A stretch of 64,000 nt of DNA from Octopus sinensis (taxonomy: Eukaryota): the NCBI RefSeq assembly GCF_006345805.1, contig NC_043004.1:64790001-64854000 (forward strand). The letters are read 5' to 3'. A program made the translations under genes and the position numbers. Numbering within the stretch: the stretch's first letter is position 1; each line of letters opens with the position of its first letter. Below, piece by piece: positions 41,890 through 55,223 of the stretch. The notes beneath the pieces are model-generated. The model saw only the letters and a list, made by a program, of their open reading frames with translations. It ran no database searches and was not told the DNA's origin.

Positions 41890-42326
41890 ACCAACTTTAC
41901 TTTACATCCTTTCAGAGTGGATAGATAGCAGTATTTATCCAGTACAGGAAGGGATCAATTCTTCCCTTTCTCTTACTGTCTTTGTTTGTCTATCTTCCTT
42001 TCTTTTAGAAATGATCAGACATTGAAAAGGATGAGTTTCATTTGTCTGACATGCTGCTACTACTTCAACAAGAAGTTGGTGATCCAAGGCAAGGCGGTGT
42101 GTGTGTACATTGCCAGTATACAATTTAATAGGCAAAATACATGTTTTTATGTGCTAATAGTTTCATATGTTGAGAAATGTTTCAAACATATTCATCAGAC
42201 ACAAACCACATATAATGAAATATTAGTAACACATAAAAATATGTATTGTGCCTATTAAGTAACATTTATCTCTCACCAGATGGAGTACTTATTTTTGATC
42301 TTACAATAACAGAACAGTACATCTTA

Positions 42327-42377
<51 letters not shown>

Positions 42378-42918
42378 GTATAAATATATATATATATATA
42401 TATAATATATATAATATATATATATATAAAATGAGATAGGGGTTGAAAATTCAACCCACCATGGGATAACATATATCCAATATACTGCTAGAGAGGTACC
42501 CAACAAGACTAATACATAAATGTTAAAAATTGCCAAGCAATTAGTCCATCTACTGTATTACATGGGCAAAGGTAAAAATATTACCGTAAATTAATTCTAC
42601 AAAATTAGAAAATGGAGAAACATGATTGGGTATCATCTGTTGGTTGATGTTTGATTGATTTAAGTATGTTTCTCCATTTTCTAATTTTGTATATATATAT
42701 ATATATATATATATATACCAACAGAGACCTATTTAATATCAACCCAGTTTTAATATTAACTTCAAACCATTGTGAACAGCCCAGCCCTGGGGTGCAAACT
42801 CAGACTAGGTGGTCAACGTTTGACATAATAAGCGTAACTATTCACTCCAACGAACATATTGAGTTCTATGGCAGATAATGTATGCACAATATAAAATATA
42901 TTTTAATATATTTTACAA

Positions 42919-42958
<40 letters not shown>

Positions 42959-43014
42959 CACGTGTATATATTTACATGCATGTATGTGTGTATATTTACA
43001 AGTAGGTATGTGTA

Positions 43015-43275
43015 TATATAAAAGGGTAAAGACCCCTTTCGGACATGAATGATGACGGGATTGCACCTAGAAAGTTCACCTCCAAGGCACAAGTCTGCGC
43101 AAGGTTGTTTATGGAAGACCAGCAATCACCAATGCATACCGGCCTCCCCTATCCACGCTACTGATGTTGTCCAAGGGAAAGGCAAAGGCTGATACAGCTT
43201 GGCACCAGTGATGTCACAATTTATTTCTATAGATGAGTGAACTGCAGCAACATGAAATAAAATGTCTTGCTCAAA
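43015..43275 (-). mobile_element. SINE family 3, head missing
   Basis: High similarity to 50334-50600. Confidence 0.75.
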
Positions 43276-43886
43276 ATGTATATATACATGTATACATTGC
43301 ATATATATATATATATACATACACATACATGTATGCATATACAGATATATGTATATCTGACTGTACATATGTCTACATATATTCTCAATATATTCTTACC
43401 TTTCTATCTAGAAGGCTTGAAATGATAACTACACTATGTTATTGCTATTCTCATTGAAGCTCCGCCTTCATTTCATCTCACATGGATCAGAGGATGAAAA
43501 GTACAAGCAATATACTCTGAGAGTGTCAATTTCGCAAGACTTCCTTCTCTTTTCTGTCTAGACACAATAGTCTTCTTCTGCCTTACAAAGAAATTATTAT
43601 TATTAAAGCAAAACATAATTTTATTAAGAAAGCTGGACTCATTATGAACTGAAAACTCAGTTTCTTCATGTGTCTATCAAAAAGTTTTATTTACAATGGT
43701 TTTCAACTTGCTGAAATAAATCATTCATACTGTGTTTTTAGTAGTGAGTAATTTCTATCCCTTTAATTATGCTTGCAATGGCAATACCCCAGCATGGCCA
43801 CAGTCCAATGACTGAAACAAATATAAGGTAACAGAAGGTTGTATATATATGTATGTATTTATATATATGTATGACTACATTGACTA

Positions 43887-44398
43887 ATTGACTACATCCT
43901 TGCAAGGCAAAGGGAGAGATGGCTGCTTATAAATGCCAAAACCTTCCCAGGTGAAGAATGTACCCCACAACATAGACTGGTAGTTAGTGACTTTAGGATC
44001 AGGACTAGGAGGACAACCAGAAGACGACAAATATGGAGAAGAAGGATCTGGAAGCTTAAAGATCCTGCAAATGGACAGAGATTTAGGGACATATTACTTG
44101 AAGCCTCTGACGAAGTAGAAGGGGATAGAGCATCACAGGGGTAGAAGACAGCTGGACGTTTCTAAGGGACAACCTGCTGAGAGCCACTGACCAGATCTGT
44201 GGCTGGTGCAAAGTCCCCTCTCGACCTAGAATAACGTGGTGGTGGAACAATATTGTAGACAGGGCTATTAGAGAAAAGAGACAGGCTTGGAAGGTCTGGA
44301 AAAATGGGGGTAGCAGGGAATTGTATCAGACTGCCAAAAGAGAAGCTAGGAGACAGGTTTATTTAGCCAGAGGGGAAGCAGATAAGAAAAAATTTGCC
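43887..44398 (+). pseudogene. RTE-clade LINE fragment (APE C-terminus plus linker), frameshifted
   Basis: IDYILARQRERW...KTFPGEECTPQHRLVVSDF...; after a frameshift ...ITWWWNNIVDRAIREKRQAWKVWK..., typical of RTE ORFs. Confidence 0.8.
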
Positions 44399-44399
44399 T

Positions 44400-44650
44400 C
44401 GCCTGGCACATAAAAAGCACCATCCGTTCGTGGCCGTTTGCCAGCTCTGTCTGGCACCAGTGCGGGTGGCACGTAAAAAGCACCCACTACACTCACGGAG
44501 TGGTTGGCGTTAGGAAGGGCATCCAGCCATAGAAACACTGCCAGATTTGACTGGGCCTGATGAAGCCTTCTGGCTTCACAGACCCCAGTAGAACCGTCCA
44601 ACCCATGCTAGCATGGAAAACGGACGCTAAACGACGATGATGATGATGAT
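44400..44650 (+). mobile_element. Family 2 repeat 3' part with (GAT)n tail
   Basis: ggcacgtaaaaagcacccactacactc...gttaggaagggcatccag...ggacgctaaacgacgatgatgat. Confidence 0.8.
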
Positions 44651-44859
44651 GTATGTATATATATGTGTATATATGTATATATATATACACACATATATAT
44701 ACATATATATATATACATATATATACACATATATATAAGTATATATACATATATATATGTGTATATACATATATGTATGTGTATATACATATATGTATGT
44801 GTATATATATATATGTATATATATGTATATATATATATATGTATATATATATATGTATG

Positions 44860-44892
<33 letters not shown>

Positions 44893-45113
44893 GTATATAT
44901 ATATATGTATATATATATATGTATATATATATATATGTATATATATATATGTATGTATATATATGTATATATATGTATGTATATATATATATGTATGTAT
45001 ATGTATGTATATAATATGTATGTATATATATGTATATATATATGTATATATATGTATATATATATGTATGTATAATATGTATATATATATATATGTATAT
45101 ATGTATGTATATA

Positions 45114-45147
<34 letters not shown>

Positions 45148-45155
45148 TATGTAAT

Positions 45156-45217
<62 letters not shown>

Positions 45218-45244
45218 TATATAGTATATATTATATATATTATA

Positions 45245-45323
<79 letters not shown>

Positions 45324-45324
45324 G

Positions 45325-45377
<53 letters not shown>

Positions 45378-45390
45378 ATTTTATAGAAGG

Positions 45391-45441
45391 AGCTTCTACA
45401 GGACTAGTACTGTTTCATTCAAATGAAATCATCAGGAAGCT
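45391..45441 (-). ncRNA. Type-I hammerhead ribozyme candidate in an inverted Penelope terminal repeat
   Basis: Minus strand: stem I AGCUUC/GAAGCU (6 bp), CUGAUGA, stem II UUC-AUUU-GAA with U-U at 10.1/11.1, GAA, stem III ACAG/CUGU, GUA triplet. Confidence 0.6.
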
Positions 45442-45742
45442 GGCTGTCAAAATAAGGTCTGGTATGTATACATTTAGGCAGATTTAATGGGTGGTGGTGG
45501 GGGACGTTTTTGGGGTATGCAGGGCACAAACTGTCGTTCTTAGGGGAGTGGTCAAAAGAATCAGTGATAAAGTAAATAAATGAATAAATAGAATAATTGA
45601 ATAGAGTTTTAGAAATTAGAAGACTATTGCTTTTTTAGTCGTTGTTGTTGTTGTTATTAAGTTGAGGGAAGAAGTAGATAAATGAAAAAACATATAAAGT
45701 AAATATACATGCAAACGCACATACATACACATGCGAATATCC

Positions 45743-46928
45743 GGCTGAAATAAGTGACCTTATGGGCCTTTTCATCCTCTATAGGTTGAAGACCCTATTC
45801 ACAGGCCTCTCCGGTGGTCTCTACCCCGATGATGGCCTTTTTGCCCTCCACAAAATAAACCCCAGGACCACAGATGGGTTCTGGAAAAACCTCCACACTT
45901 TTTTTTAAAACTTAGGCCTTAGGATTACCTTAGATTCGAACTTAACCAAAGCTAACTTCCTTGACGTTACCCTCGATTTAAAAACCTCCCTTTATTACCC
46001 GTACCATAAACCAAATGAATCCCTTAGATACATAGACATTAATTCTAACCACCCCAAAAATATATTAGACAACCTAGTGAAAAGTGTCTCCATTAGGATA
46101 TCTAGCCTTTCTTCCACCGAAGATATCTTTAATGCTGCAGCCCCCTATTACAACGAGGCCCTGGCCCGCAGTGGCTTTAAAGATAAAATCACCTACATTA
46201 GCATAGCCCCACGCCAACCCAGGAAAAATAGGCGAAGACATATTAGCTGGTACAACCCCCCCCCCTTCAACCGTGAAGTCTCAACACCTGTAGCTAAAAT
46301 TTTCTTCACTCTCCTACAAAAACATTTCCCCACACAACCTAAGTACTATATAATCCTTAATAAGAACACCATTAGACTCTCCTACTCCACCACACCCAAT
46401 CTAGCCAGGAACCAAGCCAACAATAACGTCAAAAAACTTAATAAATTTACTTTTTCCGAAGCCCATCCAGCATCCGACAGCAATTGCAACTGCCCTGATA
46501 AGACTACTTGCCCCCTCAACAACAACTGCCTACAGAAGGATCTCGTCTACATATGCGATGTACGATCAGGCCCCGATGATAAAAGAAAATCGTACATTGG
46601 AATGACGTCAAATAGTTTTAAGACTCGCTGGTACGCCCACACACATTCGTTCCGGCGACCTGACAAATCTAACCAGACTACTCTCGCCGCCCATATCTGG
46701 CACCTAAAAAGGAACTCCATCCCCTTCAAGATCAAGTGGAGACTACTACAGAGGGCACGTTCGTACACAGGAGGCCATACCTGCTGTGACCTTTGCATTT
46801 CTGAGAGCCTGGAGATCTTGTTCGCCAAAGGCCCTCTCCTCAACAAGATCTCGGAACACTCTCCAAAGTGTATGCACAAAATTTATGCAAACTACAAACA
46901 TTACAGACCCACCCGGCAACCCGATTGA
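45743..46928 (+). pseudogene. Penelope-like element A: 5'-truncated RT C-terminal part plus GIY-YIG endonuclease
   Basis: AEISDLMGLFIL...GLYPDDGL (decayed YRDD motif) from 45743; frameshift; ORF 46077-46928 with SWYNPP, CNC..C linker and LVY...SYIG..F..RW..H GIY-YIG. Confidence 0.9.
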
Positions 46929-47712
46929 CGACACCCCACCCACAAAAACTCCCCACCCCCACCGTTCCTTCATCACCCCCAATTACCTTCTCTCCTAAGA
47001 CTATATACATATATATGGATGTGGGCATGTGTATATGTGCACATATATGTATACGAGTGCATATATGTATTGGTATGTGTGTGTGCATTTGTGTATGTAC
47101 ATGTGTATGTGTAGGCGTGTATATGTGTGTATGTGTATATGTGTGCATGTTTGTGTGTGTGTATATATATATATGTATGTATATGTATATATATATATGT
47201 ATATATATATATATGTATGTGTATATATGTGTGTGTATATATATATATGTGTGTATGTATATATATATATGTGTGTGTATATATATATGTGTGTATGTAT
47301 ATATGTGTGTATATGTATGTGTGTATATGTGCATATGTTTGTATATGTGTGTGTACGTATTAATGTATGTGTGTGTACACGAGTATATATTTATGTGTAT
47401 GTGTATGCATATGTATATGTTTATGTATGTGTATATGTATATATATGTGTATATAAATATTTATATGTATGTGCTTATGTGCGTGTATCTATGTGTATGT
47501 ATGTATGTATAGGTGTATATGTATATATATGTACGCATGTGTGTATTTATGTATATATATATATATGTGTGTGTGTGTGTATGTGTACGTGTAAGTATGA
47601 GTATATGCATGTATAAGTTTATGTATGTATGTATGTATATGTGTATGCGTATATATACGTATGCTTGTATGTATTTATGTATGCGTATGTGTATTTATGT
47701 ATATATTGATTG

Positions 47713-47758
<46 letters not shown>

Positions 47759-47761
47759 ATG

Positions 47762-47804
<43 letters not shown>

Positions 47805-47807
47805 TAT

Positions 47808-48015
47808 ATACATGTGACCTCGTGAAGACTACCTGCAATTTTTTTTTTCCTCTGTCCTCCCGTCTCGGGATCTTTCTTTCTCCTATGTTTCCGATGGAGA
47901 GCTCCGCTCGAAACGTCATACCCTCCTTCTTCCATTTTCCTGAGCACCTAATAATAATAATACTGTAATTGTTCCACGTGTTGTTGTTTTTTTTCTGTTT
48001 TCCCGTTTGGATTAA
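47808..48015 (+). mobile_element. Short repeat with a decayed minimal hammerhead motif (47887-47921)
   Basis: gttt-CCGATGG-a-gagc-tcc-gctc-GAAA-C-GTC-atac; two core substitutions relative to CUGAUGA. Confidence 0.45.
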
Positions 48016-48031
48016 CCTATATTATATATAT

Positions 48032-48070
<39 letters not shown>

Positions 48071-48142
48071 GCTTGTATACTTGTGTATAGGTGTATGTAT
48101 GTATGTGTGTATGTGTATAATATATATATATATATATTATAT

Positions 48143-48560
48143 AAATCGTACATCGGAATGACGTCAAACAGCTTCAAGACCCGCTGGTACGCCCACACAC
48201 ACTCGTTCCGGCGACCGGATAAATCCAACCAAACTACCCTCGCCGCCCACATCTGGTACCTTAAAAGGAACTCCATCCCCTTCAAGACCAAGTGGAGACT
48301 ACTACAGAAGGCGCGTTCGTACACAGGAGGCCATACCTGCTGTGACCTTTGCATTTCCGAGAGCCTCGAGATCTTGTTCGCCAAAGGCCATCTCCTCAAC
48401 AAGATCTCAGAACACTCCCTAAATTGCATGCATAAAATTTATGCAAACTACAAGAACTATAGACCCACCCGGCAACCCGATTGACGACACCCCACCCACA
48501 AAACCCCCCCAACCCCACCGTTCCCCCAGCACTCCCGATTAACTTTCCTCCTAAGACTAC
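48143..48560 (+). pseudogene. Direct duplicate of the Penelope A endonuclease 3' half
   Basis: KSYIGMTSNSFKTRWYAHTHSF...RPTRQPD nearly identical to 46590-46928. Confidence 0.9.
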
Positions 48561-48732
48561 TCACAGATTGTATATGTACACCTGTATATATGTAATGTAT
48601 ATATGTATAGAAATGAATAGGTGTTAGTAGGAATATACGCATGTATGTGAGTGCGTGTATATGTAAATGTATGTGTATATGTATGTACATGGGTATGTGC
48701 GTATGTGTGTGGTTTTTTATATTTTATATGTT

Positions 48733-48765
<33 letters not shown>

Positions 48766-48916
48766 GTATATGTATGTATGTATGTATATATGTATATGTA
48801 TGTATATGTGTATGTATGTGTATGTGTGTGTATGTATGTGTATGTATATATGTGTATGTATGTGTGTGTGTATGTGTGTATATATGTATGTATGTGTATG
48901 TGTATGTATGTGTATG

Positions 48917-48975
<59 letters not shown>

Positions 48976-48983
48976 GTGTGTAT

Positions 48984-49318
48984 GCTCGTGTGTTTATGTA
49001 TATGTAAGTATGTAGAGTTGTGTGTATGTGTATGCATGTATATATACATATGTGTAGATGGGTATATACGTGTATGCCTATATGTATGTTTCCGTCTGTG
49101 CAAAGGGTAACTGTATGTGTATATATATCATTATTTATTACATGAGTATGCGTTTGTATGCATGTATGTATTTATTTATATAAGGAGGCGCGTGAGTGTG
49201 TGTATGTATGCATTTGTATAAACATATGTATACCTTTATGCATGTATGTGCTTGAGTGTATATATATGTGTATATATGTATGTATGTATACACACACACA
49301 CATATATATATGTGTATA

Positions 49319-49349
<31 letters not shown>

Positions 49350-49495
49350 GTGTATATATATATATATGTGTGTAGTGTATATGTAGATATATATATATAT
49401 GTGTATATATATGTATGTATATATATGTGTATGTATGTGTATGTGTGTGTGTATGTATGTGTATGTATGTGTATATATTTGTGTGTGTATATATG

Positions 49496-49548
<53 letters not shown>

Positions 49549-49830
49549 GTGTGTGTTTATATATATATATATATGTGTACGCTCATGTGTTTATGTATTT
49601 GTAAGTATGTAGAGTTGTGTGTATGTGTATGTATGTATATATACATATGTGTAGATGGGTATATACGTGTATGCCTATATGTATGTTTCCGTCTGTGCAA
49701 AGGGTAACTGTTTGTGTATATATATCATTATTTATTACATGAGTATGCGTTTGTATGCATGTATGTATTTATTTATATAAGGAGGCGCGTGAGTGTGTGT
49801 ATGTGTATAAACATATGTATACCTTTATGC
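48984..49830 (+). repeat. Tandem duplication with about 600-bp period in TG/TA-rich sequence
   Basis: Unique core ...gtttccgtctgtgcaaagggtaactg...aaggaggcgcgtgag at about 49090-49200 and 49685-49795; diverged third copy near 55370-55530. Confidence 0.8.
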
Positions 49831-50160
49831 ATGTAGGTGCTTGTGTGTATGTATGTGTATATATGTATATATATGTATGTGTATATGTGCACATATGTAT
49901 GTATATATGTATATATATGTATATATATATATATATATGTATGTGTATGTGTGTGTATGTGTATAAACATATGTATACCTTTATGCATGTAGGTGCTTGT
50001 GTGTATGTATGTGTATATATGTATATATATGTATGTGTATATGTGCACATATGTATGTATATATGTATATATATGTATATAATATATATATATGTATGTG
50101 TATGTGTGTGTATGTGTATGTGTGTATATATATATATGTGTAAAAATGCGTGTGTAAATG

Positions 50161-50199
<39 letters not shown>

Positions 50200-50333
50200 A
50201 TGTGTGTGTATATGTGTATGTGTGTATGTGTATGTGGATGTGTATATATGTGTATGTGTATGTATATGCGTATATATATGTGTATAGATATGTATGTGTA
50301 TATGTATATATGTATATATATATTTTTTTTTTG

Positions 50334-50658
50334 ACCCCCTTCGGTCATGAATGACCATGGGATTGCACCTAGAAAGTTACCCTCCTAGACACAAGTCCGG
50401 GCAAGGTTGTTTTTATGGAAGACCAGTAGTCGCCCATGCATACCAGCCTCCCCTTTCCACGCCACCAGTGTTATCCAAGGGAAAGACAAAGGTCGATACA
50501 GCTTGGCACCTGTGACGTCGCAACTCATTTCTACAGTTGAGTGAACTGGAGCAACGTGAAATAAAGTGCCTTGCTCAAGAACACAACACGCAGCCCGGTC
50601 TGGGATTCGAGCTCACAACCTCACGATCGTAAGCTCGACGCTCTAACCACTGAGCCAT

Positions 50659-50662
<4 letters not shown>
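50334..50662 (-). mobile_element. Full-length tRNA-derived SINE (family 3) between (TA)n tracts
   Basis: Minus head gcgcatggctcagtggttagagc (A box) ... gctcgaatccc (B box). Confidence 0.85.
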
Positions 50663-50701
<39 letters not shown>

Positions 50702-52272
50702 GGAGTAAACACATAAATGTGAAACAAGGTGGAAAAAAGAGTACTCAAATACCAGTGGTAGAGTAATATGCTTTATTTTAAGCAGCAGAAAATTCAACAA
50801 AATCTGTTACTCTGAGTTTCTCGTTGCCGTTCATCAGACAGTTTTTGCTAGAATGGAACATATATATTAATTCAATCTATACTCTTACAAACGCTACACC
50901 TTTAAAAAGAAATGGACTTGTTTGATTGGCCCTTTAGAAAAAAACGGTCAATCTTCGAGCGATAAACAAAAAGGTCAAAAATATATGTATATATATATAA
51001 AAAAACTTATAAAAATTATAAAATTATAAAATCCGAGGAAAAAACCGAGGAAAAAACCTATTGCCGTTATGAAGACAGTACAAATTAATGCATAGAAATT
51101 AAACCTGTTATAATACTGCAATACATATTATATTAAAATCCACATATATATATCAACATACACAAAAGGATGCGCGTAAACGCCATACATACATATACAG
51201 ACGTATGAATATGAATCTAAATTATACACATAAAAGCATGTGTACATATATTCACGCAAACCGTCTCGCACGCAAGCTAAAATTCATCTATGTAGCAATT
51301 CTCATATACTGAGCAAGGAGGGGGAACGAAAGAAAGGGAAAGAGAGAAAAAGGAACGAAAGAGGGGGGGGAACTTGTAGCGATGTTATTGGCATCTATAG
51401 AGGCCAGTATACATACACAAGTTTGAATTGATACATATACATACCGTCGTGTGTATGCGTGCTTAAGCACAAGCATACTTTCACTTACACAACACAGATA
51501 CGCATGCTTACAAATACATATGCTTTGCTATACACAAACTTATATAAACATTCTAAATTTGACAACATTGCTTTTTTTAAAAAAAAAAAACATTGATTTT
51601 AAAAAATGGGTGCATTAATAAAAATATATACGAAAGACATATAAAATAAAATATAACATCCTATTTTGGGTCATTTATAAATAATCAAGGTAATATAAAT
51701 AATCAAGGTAATCCTATGCAATACAATAACATGAAAACAGAGTTTGTAGGTTTTTCCTAATATATATGTAGAAACAATAAGACTTTGCTATAGATCCGTC
51801 GTAGCGCTTAAGAGTCAAAATCAAAATCAAAATCAAAATACAAAATATATACTCTATCCATATGGTATATTTATATTCGACATTTTAAATTTAGCCGCGT
51901 GCCTACATAAGTTCATTAACTCACTTCTTTGATTCAAAGAATTATTGTCTTTGAATAATATGTGCATTTTTTCTAATAAGCAAAGCTTGCACTTGAAATT
52001 ATTTGTAAGCTCCATGCCTGTATGGTGCCGCCCTGTCCAGAATGCTCCATGTCACGTTGAAAGGTGGGGCTTTCTTTTTTCTTTTAGTTCCCAGACATAT
52101 TTTGCTAGGCTGGTTTTCTTCCTATTCTCTGGGTATTTAAAAGAATTCTTATGAGAATAAAATCTTGTTTTAAATGAATTTTCTGAAGCCCCTGTGTATG
52201 TCTTGTATTCCGATGAGCCTTCCACTTGCACCTTGGCTCTATAAACCACTCCTTTCACTAGACATTTCCCTT

Positions 52273-53611
52273 CTAACGGACAGGAGCTTTCGTTTTTGCA
52301 ATTACATTTTTAATGGGCTCGGCACCATGTCTAATCTCAATTAGCTTCCTATTATGTTGGCTAATGTAAGAGGCGAAATTTCTGCAACAAGAATAGCTAA
52401 CCTTCAGGGTTCTTCTATTAAATATTCTGTAGAATTTATGACCCTGCTTAAAATGCTTAGAGACTAATCTCAAAAATTCCTTACCTATATTAGTCTTTAC
52501 GGCCAAATTGAAAGCCGGGTTGAACCACAAAACTTTCCTGGTCCTAGTTCTTCGTGCAGCATTATTATTAGCATTAAGCTGGTTGAACTGGATCTTCTCC
52601 GAGAATCCACTATTCTTTAATGCGCTATCGTAATAAGGTGCAGCATTATGGAATGCTGCCTCGTCCGAAGAAATTGAAGATATTCTTCTACCTACATTGC
52701 TGACTAAGTTGCTAAGGATAACTGGTGGATGGTTCGAATCTTTGCTAATATAAGATAGCTTTTCATTGGGCTTACGGAAAGGTTTAAATCTATCCGATCT
52801 TACATTAAAATTTACGTCTAAAAAATCTACACTATTCAGGTTAGTATCTATCGTAATCCGTAAGCCCATCCTTTGAAAGAAAGCTATAAGGTCCTTCCTA
52901 AGTCTATCTGATTCATGGCCGTTTAGATTATGCGTGGCTATAAGGCCGTCATCCCTATATAGACCTGCATCTATAAATGGGAATTCTATTTTTAGATTAT
53001 GGAGAATAAAGGCTCCTATGAGCATACATAATTCAGCCCCGTCGTATGCCCCCATCGGTACATCGAAAAGAGAATCCTCAGTCTTCTTAATCCAGGTGGA
53101 ATCCTCGAAAAACAGAAGCGATTTCCTCGCATGCATAATAATTTCAATTTCCGAGCTATCGATGTTGACATACTGCTTGGCGAAGTCCAATGCCCTTAGG
53201 AGCAACGTCCTAGATATCGACGGGTAAAAGTCAATAATGTCGAATTGTGTGAAACTACAATTATTCTTATAGCTAATACCTTTAAACCACTCTATAACTG
53301 ACTTACTATTCTTCCAAATTCTCAAGTCTACTTCACTATCTAACTTAACTAAAATACTGTCCAAAATATTTTTGCTAATAATTCCTATCTCAGTTTTAGC
53401 CGGATTTATCAATCTACATTTAGGGTTTCTACTAAAATTGTCTTTATGGTCTTTCAGAGTAATAAAAGCTGGTCGTGGTGAAAGGTATTCAATCCTATCG
53501 CTAATCTTAAGATCGTTAGCTATTCCTCTTGCTTCTAAGTTCACCTCTTTGTATATATTCGTGTTGTCCTTTTTGTATGTGTCCGTGACACTATTCGAAA
53601 TCAGGCGTTTA
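52273..53611 (-). CDS. Penelope B reverse transcriptase, 5'-truncated, uninterrupted until a homopolymer frameshift near 52310
   Basis: FITLKDHK...CRLINP, FDIIDFYPSI, PMGAYDGAELC, GLYRDDGL, VDFLDVNF, LWFNP motifs. The first 18 residues of the supplied ORF come from the inverted arm. Confidence 0.88.
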
Positions 53612-54165
53612 TGAAGGTTAGCTATTCTTGTTGCAGAAATTTCGCCTCTTACATTAGCCAACATAATAGGAAGCTAATTGAGATTAGACATGGTGCCGAG
53701 CCCATTAAAAAATGTAATTTCAAAAACGAAAGCTCCTGTCCGTTAGAAGGGAAATGTCTAGTGAAAGGAGTGGTTTATAGAGCCAAGGTGCAAGTGGAAG
53801 GCTCATCGGAATACAAGACATACACAGGGGCTTCAGAAAATTCATTTAAAACAAGATTTTATTCTCATAAGAATTCTTTTAAATACCCAGAGAATAGGAA
53901 GAAAACCAGCCTAGCAAAATATGTCTGGGAACTAAAAGAAAAGGAAGCCCCACCTTTCAACGTGACATGGAGCATTCTGGACAGGGCGGCACCATACAGG
54001 CATGGAGCTTACAAATATAATTTCAAGTGCAAGCTTTGCTTATTAGAAAAAATGCACATATTATTCAAAGACAATAATTCTTTGAATCAAAGAAGTGAGT
54101 TAATGAACTTATGTAGGCACGCGGCTAAATTTAAAATGTCGAATATAAATATACCATATGGATAG
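53611..54165 (+). CDS. Penelope B GIY-YIG endonuclease, intact copy in the right arm
   Basis: CNFK...CPLEGKC linker; GVVY...TYTG..NSFKTRFYSH; CKLCLLEK; LNQRSELMNLCRH. Confidence 0.88.
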   Translation: MKVSYSCCRNFASYISQHNRKLIEIRHGAEPIKKCNFKNESSCPLEGKCLVKGVVYRAKVQVEGSSEYKTYTGASENSFKTRFYSHKNSFKYPENRKKTSLAKYVWELKEKEAPPFNVTWSILDRAAPYRHGAYKYNFKCKLCLLEKMHILFKDNNSLNQRSELMNLCRHAAKFKMSNINIPYG

Positions 54166-55175
54166 AGTATATATTTTGTATTTTGATTTTTGATTTTGAT
54201 TTTGACTCTTAAGCGCTACGACGGATCTATAGCAAAGTCTTATTGTTTCTACATATATATTAGGAAAAACCTACAAACTCTGTTTTCATGTTATTGTATT
54301 GCATAGGATTACCTTGATTATTTATATTACCTTGATTATTTATAAATGACCCAAAATAGGATGTTATATTTTATTTTATATGTCTTTCGTATATATTTTT
54401 ATTAATGCACCCATTTTTTAAAATCAATGTTTTTTTTAAAAAAAGCAATGTTGTCAAATTTAGAATGTTTATATAAGTTTGTGTATAGCAAAGCATATGT
54501 ATTTGTAAGCATGCGTATCTGTGTATGTGTAAGTGAAAGTATGCTTGTGCTTAAGCACGCATACACACGACGGTATGTATATGTATCAATTCAAACTTGT
54601 GTATGTATACTGGCCTCTATAGATGCCAATAACATCGCTACAAGTTTCCCCCCCCCTCTTTCGTTCCTTTTTCTCTCTTTCCCTTTCTTTCGTTCCCCCT
54701 CCTTGCTCAGTATATGAGATTGCTACATAGATGAATTTTAGCTTGCGTGCGAGACGGTTTGCGTGAATATATGTACACATGCTTTTATGTGTATAATTTA
54801 GATTCATATTCATACGTCTGTATATGTATGTATGGCGTTTACGCGCATCCTTTTGTGTATGTTGATATATATATGTGGATTTTAATATAAATATGTATTG
54901 CAGTATTTATAACAGGTTTAATTTCTATGCATTAATTTGTACTGTCTTCATTAACGGCAATAGGTTTTTTCCTCGGTTTTTTCCTCGGATTTTATAATTT
55001 TTATAATTTTTATAAGTTTTTTTATATATATATACATATATTTTTGACCTTTTTGTTTATCGCTCGAAGATTGACCGTTTTTTTCTAAAGGGCCAATCAA
55101 ACAAGTCCATTTCTTTTTAAAGGTGTAGCGTTTGTAAGAGTATAGATTGAATTAATATATATGTTCCATTCTAGC

Positions 55176-55223
55176 AAAAACTGTCTGATGAACGGCAACG
55201 AGAAACTCAGAGTAACAGATTTT
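55176..55223 (+). ncRNA. Hammerhead candidate in the Penelope B terminus (mirror copy 50799-50846, minus)
   Basis: Stem I AAAA-A-CUGU/ACAG-A-UUUU; CUGAUGA 55185-55191; weak stem II A-CG-GCAA-CG-A; GAAA; ACUC-A-GAGU stem III; GUA 55212-55214. Confidence 0.55.

Noticed and set aside
861-50662. tRNA genes suggested by A/B boxes
   Set aside because: Boxes are heads of SINEs, continuing into core and tail sequence without an acceptor stem.
53612-53664. MLANVRGEISATRIANLH start of the 463-aa RT ORF
   Set aside because: Reverse complement of the inverted arm, not a native PLE N-terminus.
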